Assembly (NCBI RefSeq): GCF_009914755.1
Contig: NC_060928.1
Direction: 5' to 3' (one strand)
DNA: 64,000 nt
Origin: the human T2T-CHM13v2.0 reference genome, Homo sapiens
Position numbers and translations under genes: made by a program. The notes beneath the pieces were generated by a model. The model ran no database searches. It saw only the letters and a program-made list of their open reading frames with translations, and was not told where the DNA came from. Below, piece by piece: positions 14,831 through 28,724 of the stretch (position 1 is its first letter; each line of letters opens with the position of its first letter).

Positions 14831-15287
14831 AAATCCAGTCATAGTTGCCTTTTAAGCCACTTTGTATTGCAAATGTTCAACAATATAGGATGAATTAAAT
14901 GGTTTATTTAATTTATTCTGTTACATTATAATAAATATTTACAATCTATTGTAAACAGAAACAGATATAAGTAAATATGTATATTATAATCTCAAATTTC
15001 TAAATATCTATGCATATTTAAACTTGTAGAGAAAAAAGTAAATATAATGTGTTACGACTGGTTATTTCTAGATGGAGAATAATGAATAGTTCTTAATTCT
15101 CTCCTCTCTTATAACTTCTAAATTTTCTATAATGAGTATATGCTTATATTTACATTAATATCTGAAAACAAGTAGGAAACAGGACAATTAAAAAAAAAAA
15201 AACTCTGTTGTTGAGGAGGTGATGGAATGTGCATGAGGGAAGATGGCCAGTGCTGTTAGGAATACCTTACAAAAACTTCTGTTTTCA

Positions 15288-15852
<565 letters not shown>

Positions 15853-16189
15853 TTATTAAAATTTTCTGTCTCAAATGCATGTATAAGTCACCATTGATGA
15901 AACAGAGAAAAATGCCTGAGAATAATTGCAGACATTTCTTCAGAAAATTTTCTCATTCCTTTATTATTTTACTCTCTCCCTGACTTCCCCTAAATAATAA
16001 TAGATCTATCTTAATAATATAGATAAACACCCTCCATTGCATTCTAATCTGTTAATATGGTAATCTGTAAGATTAATATGTAAGATTAATCTACAAGAGT
16101 TTAGGACATGGCTATTGAAATACTAGGATCAACTTATCCAATATCTTAAACCTCAGTATTAACATCAACACCAGAAACAGAATATGCTA

Positions 16190-17170
16190 GTTTTCTTGCA
16201 TGTATCAGATGCAAATTTGTATTGGACTACACCTGAAGGGCAACTTAATGGTAATATAAGGATGAAGAAATAATTCATAGAGTTCACAGAACAGATGAAC
16301 AATTAAAGCTGAATAAGGACTAGAAATAGTGAAACAATAATATCAGCAAGCAAGAGATAGAACTTATTTCAAGTCCTGTGACAAACTTCTCTCTCTTTGT
16401 CTCTCAGTTTAAATACCTGGGGCTAATGGTGGGGATACATACAGAAAAAGAAAGAGAGGATAAATTTAATTATGACAGTTTATGTTCATTATGCAACTCT
16501 TGTCTAGTGAACAAGTAAAAACAAGACCGTTTAGGACATATTTTGTTGGATATGTTGGGAAGTTTTAATTACTCCACAAAACCTTTCACCTTAGTTGCTC
16601 CATCTACATATACTTCTATACATAATTTAAAAGCTTTCTCTACCTGACATGCATTCATTAGTACATATATAACTATAAATGCATTCGATATCTCCCCAAA
16701 TGGAGACAACTGGAAGTCACACCCAACTTTTACATTCAGAAATGTCACAGGGCCCCTATCATTAGTTTCAAGATTTCAATTTATTTCCAATAGGTCTTTA
16801 TTTCCACTGTTAGTCCACTAATAGACTGAGCATACCAACCACTATAAACCTTATCTATTTTCCACAGTGAGGTAAAGAGAAGAGGAAATGATGTGTGTGT
16901 GTGTGTGTGTGTTTATGTATTAGAAATGATATACACACCAGTAGCAGAAAACAGGGAATATCATTGGAGACAAAAACCTTCATCTCTGAACTGATCACAA
17001 GATTATAAATTATGTTTATGGCTTCTCTTTTCTACTTGATAGACAATTTTTCTATCTTTGACCAACATTTACAACAGTAGATACTGATAGAACTCAAGAA
17101 CCTGTGATTGATTTCCCTATGAGTAACATGACTTAGTTTCCAACTTGTAGTTTTATGTATAAAAAGAGGT
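16190..17170 (-). mobile_element. Old ERVL-MaLR remnant (MLT1-type LTR plus adjacent internal 3' sequence)
   Basis: atctccccaaatggagacaactggaagtcacacccaac; reverse complement of ~16981-17040 (gtagaaaagagaagccataaacat...gtgatcagttcagagatg) resembles ERVL/MLT-int 3' ends. Confidence 0.5.
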
Positions 17171-17767
17171 CCAATTGAACAAACTAGAGACAGCTGTCAA
17201 CTCTTATGTAGATATGATCAGAAAGCTGGGAATATGTGAATAAAATATGATCATGGCTTAACCCAAAATCTAAGTGGATAGAAAGGATGATTATCAGGGA
17301 AAAAGAACTGGGAAGAAGCATCAACATGTATTTACTAGAAATACCAAGAAATGAGAAAAAAAATCTTTTTTATCACATACATGAAAGTAATGAAACTGGT
17401 TTAAAAACCAGCATATTATTAGACATGTATTTTTCATAATGAAGGCTTTTATGGTAGCATATTAGTAAAAGCTCAGATTTATGGAATAGGTATTATGTAA
17501 AATTATTGAAGTCAACTGAATGTTGAGTTATAGACAAGTATTTATAGAAAGCCCCAAATTAAAATAATTGCCAGAACTATTAACCAAGATCAAAATTGAA
17601 ATCCATGTTTACAGAATATAACCAAGTGTCCAAGTATAGGGGTGGCAGGTGAATATTACACAGAGCAGGCACTAATTAAATATCAAAATAATTGGAGCCT
17701 TTACATCTTTTATCAGGAAAGTCTGATATCAAGTATTAAGTATAGAAATGAAAGTAATATTAATAAT

Positions 17768-18295
<528 letters not shown>

Positions 18296-18879
18296 TTATC
18301 AATTAAAGGTGAAAACATTTTTCATAGAACTAAATCATAAATAATCATGTCTTGCATTTTCCTACCATAGAATCATTTTATACTAATTATTTGCATTATA
18401 GCATGTTGATTCCTATAAGCCTTCCTAACTAAACTACAAACTTCATTAAACAAGAGGTAGAATTTTTGATGCACTAACGTCCAGAAGGCAAACTAAACTA
18501 AGTGTTTATTAAATATTTGCTAAAAGAAAAGGAATTGAATAACAGAAAGAAAAGAGATAGGAAGTGAGAATGAAAGGGAATGACGATGGTATAAGTCCTA
18601 GAACCTTGCTTCTGAATCTAATTCTCACTTAATAAGGGCTTTTGGAACAAGACATGGAGGTTTTAGATGGAAAGAAGTAAGAGCAGTAGTAGCAACAGCT
18701 GCTTCTAAAGAGCTTTAGTTATGAGGTTTCTTATATTTCCCCCAATGAAGACAAAAATTATTTACACAATGAACAATACACTAAAACCTATATATAGGGG
18801 TAAAATAAATTGTGTTGTAATATTGAAAGGATTAAGGATTAAAAATATGGGTCAATTATGCCCGTTAACCATTTAAATA

Positions 18880-20410
18880 CAGTCATGCACCACGTGACAT
18901 TTTGGTCAATGACAGATCGCATATGTTGCAGCGGTCCCTTAATATTATAACGAAAATGAAAAGCTCTTATCACCTAGTGACATTGTAGCTATCTGATATG
19001 GTTTGTCTCTGTGTCCCCATCCAAATCTCATATTGAATGTTAATCCGTAATGTTGGGGGAGGGACATGGTGGGAGTTGATTGGATCATGGGGACAGATTT
19101 CCCCCTTGCTGTTCTGATAGTTCTCACGAGATTTGGTTATTTGAAAGTATGTAGCACTTCCCACTTTTCTCTCTCTCTCCTGCTCTGCCATATGAAGAAG
19201 GTGCTTGTTTTCCCTTCGCCCTCTGCCATGATTGTAAGTTTCCTGATGCTTTCCCAACCATGCTTCCTGTACAGCCTATGGAACTGTGAGTCAATTAAAC
19301 CTCTTTTCTTCATAAGCTGCCCACTCTCAGGTAGTTCTTTATAGCAGTGTGAGAACGGATTAATACAGCATCATAACAATCAGCACAAAATGCATTACTC
19401 AGATGATTGTGGTGATGTTGACATAAGCAAACCTACTGCACTGCCAGTGGCATAAAAGTATTGCACATACAATTATGTGCAGTGCATAATACTTGATAAT
19501 GATAATGAATTACTATGTGCTGGTTTATATCTTTACTATACATTTTATTGTTATTTTAGAGTGTACTCCCTCTAATGATAAAAAGTTAATTGAAAATAGC
19601 TTTAGGCAAATCTTTTAGGAAGTATTTCAGAGGAACTATTATCATAGGAGATGATAGCTCCACATGTGTTACTGCCACTGAAAACCTTTCAGTGGGACAA
19701 GATTTGGAGGCGAAAGAAAGTGATATTGATGATTCGAACTCTGTGTAGGTCTAGGCTAATGTGTTACCCTCGTTAATGTGTTTAAAAGGTTAAAATATTA
19801 AAAATAGAAAAAACATTCCATAATATATGAATTTACAGAAAAAAGTATTTTAGTGCAAGTGTACAATATGTTTGTGTTTTAACCTAAGTGTTATTACAAT
19901 GAGTCAAAGTGTTTTAAATTTAAATAGTTTATAAAGTAAAATCTTACAGTAAGCTAAGATTAATTTATTATCAAAAAATATATATTTTACAAATTTAGTA
20001 TAGCCTAGGTTTGGAGTGTTCATGAAGTCTACAGTAGGGTACAGTAATATCCTAGGCCTTCACATTCACTCTTCATTCACTCACTGACTCACCCAGAGAA
20101 ACTTCCAGTCCTGTAAACTTCATTCATTATAAGTGCCCTATATAAGTACACCATTTTGTATCTCTTATATCATACTTTTACTGTACTTTTGTTATGTTTA
20201 AATATGTTTACATACACAAATACTTACCTTTGTGTTACAACTGCCTAAAGTATTAACTGTAGGCAGTAACATGCTGTACAACTTGGTAGCCTAGAAGCAA
20301 TAGGCTATACTATATAGCCTAGGCATGTAGTAGCTATGCCATCCAGGTTCAAGTACACTCTATGATGCATTTCTCAGAACGTATCCCCATTGTTAAGTGA
20401 TGCCTGACTG
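18880..20410 (+). mobile_element. Tigger3 (Tigger3b-like) non-autonomous Tc1/mariner-pogo element with TIRs and TA TSD
   Basis: TA|cagtcatgcacc... start and ...gtgatgcctgactg|TA end. Confidence 0.9.
18994..19367 (+). mobile_element. MSTA/MSTB solo LTR inside Tigger3
   Basis: tgatatggtttgtctctgtgtcccc...gagaacggattaataca; imperfect 5-bp TSD ctatc/gcatc. Confidence 0.92.
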
Positions 20411-21840
20411 TATATCTGGATCAAGTTAGGTTTATTTCTGGAAGGCAAGGATAGTTTAGCCATTCAAAAATTAAAAAAAAAAAAACTTACCATATTAACA
20501 GAAATTTGAAAACCATATTATTTTCTCAATAAATGCAGAAAATGTGTTTTACAAAATTCAGTATATTTCCCTGCTTAAATATTACCACCAAAGTATAAAT
20601 AGAAAGAAATATCTTAATGAAATAAGAGTTGTCTATAAATAAGACTACAGCTACCATCAAACTTAATTTTTAAAAACTGAAATATTTCTCCTAAGATCAG
20701 GAATAAGACAAGGATGTATACACTTACCAGGAGTGCAATAAAGAAATAACAAACAAATAAAAGTTATCAAAATTAGAAATGAAGAAATAAAACTCTTTAT
20801 TCACAGACAACATGATGATTAACATAGAAAATCCATTTAAATCTACGAACAAACTACTAAAAGTAGTAATATGTAAGTTTAGCAAGATGGCAGGATTTAA
20901 GGTAAACATTGAAAAATCACTTGTATTCTATGTGGGTATAGATAAAGGGAGGGAGAGAAAGAAAGAGAATTCGACACCATACACTATATTTATACCAATA
21001 TCCTTAAAATAAACTATAGAAATTTAAATAAAGTAGAAATACCATTAAATGTATTATCAAAATTATTTAAAGATGGCAACTAATTGACTTCCAGACCTAA
21101 TATTAAGCTATAGCAATTAAGACAGAATAATATTGGCATCGAGACAAATAATGTAGCAGTGATGTAGAGAGTTTACAATATACCCACACATACACAGTCA
21201 ATTGATTTTCAACATTACCAAGTTAATTCAACACAATGTCTAAATGCAAAATTTAAAACTATAAAACTTTAACATAATAAGTCCTTAGATACATGAAAAT
21301 TAAAACCACAAGATTATCTAATTTATACTACTCACAATTACGCAGCTTAACTTAAAACCAATAAAACATAGGAAAATCTTTGTTACTTTGAGTTAAGCAC
21401 AGACTTCCTAGCTATACACCAGAACCATAATCCAGAGAAATTTCTAAAAGAGTAGATTTTAAAAGTTGTTACCACAAAAATGATAAGTAGGTGAGGTTAT
21501 AGAAGGATTAATAAGCATGATTTAATCATTTCCCAATGTGTTCCTATCCAAAACATCCATTGTACCCATAAATATATACAATTATTTTTAATTAAAAGTA
21601 GAATATAAAACAAACAATAAAATCACGTCATCAAAATTATGGTCTGCTTTTTGAAAAAATGATTTTATTTGTAGTAGTTCAAAACTAAAAACAATCTAAA
21701 CGTCCATCAACAAGTGAATGCATAAACAAAATTAATATATTTGTACAATAGAATACTTACCAAATATAAAAATAATCATCAGCACACACAACTACATGAA
21801 AGAATTTCAAAGTAATTATTCTCAGTGACAGAAGCTGGGG
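20411..21840 (+). mobile_element. Old L1M ORF2/3' fragments, including a short L1MA 3' end at about 21440-21600
   Basis: gatcaagttaggtttatttctggaaggcaaggatagttt ([13 protein letters not shown]-like); ttattcacagacaacatg (LFADDM-like). Confidence 0.8.
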
Positions 21841-22960
21841 ATCAGAATGTACTCTACTTAACCACAAAAATCAGGATAAGAGGATTTCAGAAAAAGAAGT
21901 TGTGGCCAGCATCATCATATGTAATAGATAATTTAACGAGAATCAAAATAAAAAATTATTTACTATACTTGACAATGATGCAATCCTAAAAGGGAATTAT
22001 AACATTCAATGACAAGTGAGTTGAAGAAATGAGGAGTAATTGTGAAATAAAAAAGTTAAAAAAGACGATTTTCACTATTAGTATTTTTATTAATCATTTT
22101 TAGCACTTTATAGAATACAAGGTTTTTCACATATTTTATTCATTGATTTTCAAAGAAATTATTTGAAATGGTGTTCTTATAATTGGTTCCCCTTTGCCAA
22201 ACTGAAAATAATGCTTGTATTTTTTTCTTCCTCATCTATAGTTGATCAAGAATCATCAAAAGATAGAAGTGCCTAGAATTTTTACAGATTTCAGATATCA
22301 ATGCAATCAAGTGACATAGCCAAAATATCTGTAAAGCGGATGGAAACTGTTCTTGCTAAATTTAGGAATTTCTGTTACTTGATTAAGAATTTTCAAACAT
22401 AAGATTATATTTGCAGAAAAGTAATTTTTAAGTTATAGGCTTAGCATAAGATAATTCTTTCTTCTTTATTCTGACCTCCCCATGCCCCAGTATAGGCCCA
22501 AGCCTAAATAGTCATCCTAAGCCTACCAAGCTGAATGGTATGTTAATCAAGCTGCTCAGATCACATTCAGAATATATCGGCGCAAATAAAATAGTTATAT
22601 GATAAATTAAAGATCACAAGTTTATGCCTTGCAGTGTAGTCTTGCTGATACTAGTATTGAGAAGGCCAAATTAATATTAATGCTGCTCAGTATATATAAA
22701 TATGGCAGTTTTTGACTGGTAATTTCTTTTTCAGTTTGGAGCTTCAGTCTAGTTACATTCATTTGAGTTTGCAACTTAAAGAAACTTTATCCTGTTTTAT
22801 TAAATAGTTCCACTGAATCAAGGAAATGACAGCCATAGGATAAATTGGAAATCAAAGGATAATTCATTTTAGAGTTGAAATTAAATTTTATTGATAATAA
22901 ATAAGTGAAGCTCAAAACATTTGAATGCATGAAGAGTTTACATGATGTTAAGTAATAAGT

Positions 22961-23352
22961 TGTATTAGCCTATTTTCAAACTGCTATAAATATACTACCC
23001 AAAACTGGGTAATTTATAAAGGAATGAGGTTTACTTAACTCACAGTACCGCATGGCTGGGGAGGCCTCAGGAGACTTACAATCATGGTGGAAGGGGAAGC
23101 AGGCACTCTTACATGGCAGCAGGTCAGAGAGAAAGAGTGTGTGAATATAGGAGGAACTGTCAAACATTTTATAAAACCATCAGATCTCATGAGAATTTAC
23201 TCATTATCACGAGAACAGCATGGGGGAAACTTTCCCTAGGATCCAATCACCTCCCTTTCTCCACATGTGGGGATTACAGGTCCCTGCATCCACACATGGG
23301 GATTACAATTCAAGATGAGATTTGAGTAGGGACACAGAGCCAAACCATATTA
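22961..23352 (-). mobile_element. THE1D/MST-type solo LTR
   Basis: tgtattagcc...catggctggggaggcctcagg...ggacacagagccaaaccatat. Confidence 0.92.
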
Positions 23353-23669
23353 TAGGGTAATAAAAGTTCAAATCCATAGCACAGAATCAAAATATATAGG
23401 TGCCAAAAAATATTAGAACATCACAAAGGACAAAGGGTTCTAAAATCCCAAAGAATCAAACGCAGACTACCATGACCTAAATTCACGCAAAACTCTCCTA
23501 ACTAGTATCCCAATGTCCAAACTTGCCCTACTAAAGTATTTGATTTATGAAATTAGAGTAATTCTTAAAAACTATAAACCTGACCATATCACACCCTATT
23601 TATATAAAGGAGAGAAGCATTTTAAAATGGAAAGTAAATCATAAGGTTAAAAAGAAAAAGTTACAAAAT

Positions 23670-24030
23670 TGAAATCATAAAAGTAGGGAGCAGATTGGTA
23701 TTTGGCAGGGGCCGGAAGTTGGGAAATGAATGTTGGCCAAAGGGTAGAAACTTTCAGTTATGAAGGACGAATAAGTCTGGAAGATCTAATATACATGGTA
23801 GTAACTATAGTTAATGATACTGTACTCTGTGTGAAACTGGCTATGAGAGTAGATGGGAAACGTTCTTACCACAAAAAAAAGATATAATGTGATGTGATGG
23901 ACATGTTAATTAAATTTATTGTAGTAATAATTTCACAACGTATATATCTATATTAAAGCATCATGTTGTACACGGAAAATATATTTAATTTTTATTTATC
24001 AATTATACCTCAATAAAGCTGGAAAAATTA
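23670..24030 (+). mobile_element. L1MA9/10-like 3' end
   Basis: caaagggtagaaactttcagtta...caattatacctcaataaagctggaaaaa. Confidence 0.85.
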
Positions 24031-24224
24031 AGTAAAACCTAAAAAACTAAATAAAAAGCCAAGGTTACCTATAAGTGTGAAAAAGATAAAATAGATTATA
24101 CAGTGGTAGAAGCTAAGCTTGAATACATTTTTGTAAGTTTAACTATCAGACCATGTAAGTATTTTGCATATTAATATAACAATTTTACATTTTTAAATGT
24201 CCCAAAATAAAATTTAAAAAATAA

Positions 24225-25490
24225 AAATTTGTTATTTTGAAAAGATAATAACCAAGCAATCATTAGCTGGAACAACAAAGAAAAAAAGAGAGAAGATTCA
24301 AGTAAACAAAATCAGAAATGAAAATGAAGACATTAGAACTGTTACCATAGAAATACAAAATATCATTAGAGACTATCATGAAATACTATATGCCAACAAA
24401 TTGAAAAAGCTAAGAGAAATGTATAAATAAGTTCCTAGACCCATGCAACTCACCAAGATTGGAAGAAATAAAAAAACTGAACAGACCAATAATGAGTAAA
24501 GTGATTGAAGCAGTAATAAAAATCTCAACAAAGCAAAGCCCAGGACCTGATGGCTTCACTGCTGAATTCTACCAAACCATTTTTAAAAGGCTAATAATAA
24601 TTATTCTAAAACTATTCTAAAAAATTGAAGATGAGGGAATTCTTGCAAATTAATTCTACAAGGCCAGTATTACCCTGATACCAAAACCAGACAAGAACAC
24701 AATAACAACAAAAACTACAAGACAATATTCCTGATGAACATAAAAGCAAAACTGCTGAACAAAATACTAGCAAACTGCATCCAACAGCACATCAAAAAAT
24801 TAGACACCATAATAAAGTGGAATTTACCCCACAGATGCAAAATAGTTCAACGTATGCAAGTCAGTAAATGTAATACATTACATAAAAAGAAAGACAAAAT
24901 CTGTATGGATCATCTTGATAAGTGTGAAAAAAGCATTCAGTAAAATTCAATATCTCTTCATGGTGAAAAAAAAAAGCACTTTCACCACATTAAGCATAAA
25001 GGAACATACCTCAACACAATAAAGGTCGTGATAACAAGCCCACAGCCAACATGACAATGAATGGGGAAAAGCTGAAAGTTTTTCCTCTAAGAACTGGAAT
25101 AAGACAAGTATGTCCATTTTTGTCATGTCTAAGCAACATAGTACTCTTATTCAACAATCTTATTCAACATAAATTCTAGACAGAGCAATTCAGCAAGAGA
25201 TGGCAATAAAAGGCATTCAAATTGAAAAGGAGGAAGATAAATTGCTCCTATTTGCCTACAACATGGTATTATATATAGAAAAACTTTAAGAGTGCACCAA
25301 AAATACTTTCAGAAGAGATAAATTCAGTAAAGTTTCAGGATGCAAAATCAGTAGCATTTCTATACACCAATAATGAACTATCTGAATAAGAAATCAAGGA
25401 AACAATCCATTTATAACAGCCACAAACAAAAATAACTAGAAATAAGTTTAACAAAGTGGCCATAAATCTCTACAATGAAAATTATAAGCT
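24225..25490 (+). mobile_element. L1MA ORF2 fragment
   Basis: agcccaggacctgatggcttcactgctgaattctacc; ORF 24734 MNIKAKLLNKILAN. Confidence 0.92.
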
Positions 25491-25499
25491 ACATATATG

Positions 25500-26320
25500 T
25501 AAAAGAAATAATAGGATTAGAAAACAACATTTTGCAACTGTATTGAATTAAATTAATGGATGTAAGTAATACTATCAGGAGCTGATTACATCAAATAAAA
25601 AAAGCAAGGAATCAGCAGACATCATGTAATTCCCAAATAAAGGCTACACAGCACCAGCTACCAAAAAGAAGATGAAGGTGAAGAAGGAAAGACGAGGAGA
25701 AGGGGGAGAAAAGAAAGAAGAAGAAAAAGAATCTGAAGAAGTCTATAGATCTAAAGCAATATAGAAATAACTTAATAAAAAAGTAAACATTTAATGTATT
25801 TCAAGGTGATATAATCAGCAAACTGCAGACTCTGGCAAATTCTATAAGATTATGTGGTTTATTCAACAACCAAGAGAAAAAAGAGAAGAGAGATAGAAAG
25901 AGCAAGAAAGAGAGAGGGAAAAGAGAGAAAATACAGATTAAGAGTCTTAACAGAAATATCAACATCAAAATATATTGACTGTCTCTGAGGTTTGTTTTAC
26001 ACAATCTTAAATACATGTTTTAAATGAACAATCAAGAAAATGCGAATACTGGCTAAATAATAACACTAAGAAATTATTGCTCATTTTCATTTTTTAAAAG
26101 TTGATATTGTTATTTATAAAATAGATACATAAATAATATACTTGAAATTATATGAAATCTTAGATTTGCTTAAAAGTAAACCAGAGCTGGGGAAATGGAC
26201 AGGATATTAATAAAACAAGATTAACTATGTGTTGTTAATTATTGAAGTTGGAAATATGTCTGTGGGGTTCATTACACAATTCTCTCCACTTTTGTTTAAG
26301 AATTTCCATAATAAATGGCA
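25500..26320 (+). mobile_element. L1MC/ME 3' region
   Basis: atcagcaaactgcagactctgg...ggggttcattacacaattctctccacttttg...ttccataataaa. Confidence 0.7.
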
Positions 26321-26711
26321 TAAATCTTTTGAAATAACAAAACACACAAATAAAAAATATAAAAATTGGTGTCACTGTAGCTCCTTTAATCTATACATCA
26401 TTAATATGTGACAAACTTTTGAATCTTTCCTATTTTGTATATATATTTGTTAATAGCCGAATGTGACATTAGAAATTGGGTATATGCACTGTTAGGATAT
26501 TCTTAATCCAAATAGATTATAGAAGAGGGTAATGAAAAAAGTGTATAATTACTATATAATGACCTCACCTGTTCTATTTTTTCCATCTCAAACAAGGAAT
26601 GCATCACCCTAGGAAGAGTCCCATGAGAACAAAGAGACCATCACCAAGAAACCAAATGAGGCTGCAATCTGTTTAATTAGGCAACAAACTCATGGAAAGA
26701 GTTTGTGCCCT

Positions 26712-26712
<1 letters not shown>

Positions 26713-26757
<45 letters not shown>

Positions 26758-26788
26758 GTCTATCTATCTATCTACCTATTTATCTATC
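26713..26788. repeat. Compound tetranucleotide STR (TATC)11 TGTC (TATC)3 TACC TATT (TATC)2
   Basis: Counted directly. Confidence 0.97.
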
Positions 26789-27369
26789 ATATATTTTATT
26801 TCAGAACATAGTTGGTAGTCGTAGAAATGCATATTAAAGTAGTCATTTAAATTGAGAACAAAATTAGACTTTTTCTAATGGAACATAAATCTCATTCAGT
26901 TAATTGCATTTATAGTAAAAGTTGGCCTTTCCGATCAATTTGTATTCTATACATTGAGTTAAATAGGTAGTTCATGGCGTTAATATAAATATATGTGAAA
27001 CATGGTATAATATAAATCTAGTTTGTTTAAAAATTGTATTGGCAAAGGTATAGCAGAGTTCATAACATTTAAAATTTCCCAACCTTTTCTGATCATACCA
27101 GATTAAATAAGATGCCTCTACTTAAAAAAATAGCAAGCATTAATAATCATTGATGAACTTTTCAAAAGCATTTAAAATACACTCTTCAGAAACTGAGAAA
27201 GTAAAGACCTCAGTGACTAACACATCATCTTACTGTTTAGATTCCTTTAATTCTTCACTTTCAGTAGACCTAAAGGAGCATTCAGGTTAATAAAAATATT
27301 TTTTGTTGATAAACCACTGTATGATTTTAGCTATGTAACCATACTAAATTAAAAATAATGTGTTTGTAA

Positions 27370-27692
<323 letters not shown>

Positions 27693-28079
27693 CAATAAAA
27701 ATATCTTAAATTGAGCATGCATTAAAACAAACTAAATATAGAACTCATGGTGAGCAATGCTTCATTTTAGCAATAAATATCTATACATACAAGAATAATT
27801 TTAAATGTTCAACCTATCACATTATGTTAGGTATTTCAATTTTTTAAATTATCAAAATTGGTAATATATTTTTGATCAATTGCTTACCAAAATAATCATA
27901 ATAATTTTAATTTAAATTTCCAGTACTCAGAGACTTAAAAACACACATATGCATATACAAACTTCAGAGAAATGTGATCTGTGGTGAGTAAATCTTTCAA
28001 GCACATTACATTAATTAGGATAATCTATGTGGGAAAAGTGGAATAGAAATACACAAATATGAAAAATACAGTGTCTGAC

Positions 28080-28153
28080 TATAATATTTTATTATGATTT
28101 AATTTTAATGGACTATAATATAATATTTTATTATGATTTAATTTTAATGGACT
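28080..28153. repeat. Perfect 35-bp tandem duplication (period 39)
   Basis: tataatattttattatgatttaattttaatggact at 28080-28114 and 28119-28153. Confidence 0.95.
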
Positions 28154-28342
28154 GAGATGTAACTTGAATGCTATGATCTTTAGTTGCATGCATTTAAAAA
28201 GTAGCATATCTGTGAGTTTAAAATAACAATTTTTATAATACATAAAAATTAAGTCATTCAAACAATTAAATTTATGAAAAACTTTTCAATGTTACCTTAA
28301 AATTATGTAGGGTTAATGTATCTCTTAAAAGTCATTTTAAGT

Positions 28343-28724
28343 TGTTGAAAGACAAACTTTAGATGAATTAAATTTAATACAGTTTATTTGAGCAACAAAC
28401 TATTCATGAATTGGGCAACACTCAGAACCAGGCGACGTTCAGAGAGTTCTACCCAGCAATATGAGCAGGCAGTATTTATAGACAGGAAAAGGAATGAAAA
28501 CAGAAACAGACTGATTGGTTACAGCCAGGCATTTGTCTTATTTGGACATAGTTTGATCAGTTGGCAGCCTATGATTGACTGAAACTCAGCTGCCATGATT
28601 AGCTGACACTTTGTTATTTGTAGCAAGAGTATACCCTTAAATTAGATTGCAGTTTGTTTACATACTAAATTACGATGCAGATTGTTATGTATGGAGGCAG
28701 CTTTAGGTCAGATTTAATTTAATT
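28343..28724 (-). mobile_element. MER57/MER93-family ERV1 solo LTR
   Basis: tgttgaaagacaaactttagatgaattaaatttaa...gattggttacagc...ggaggcagctttagg. Confidence 0.8.
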
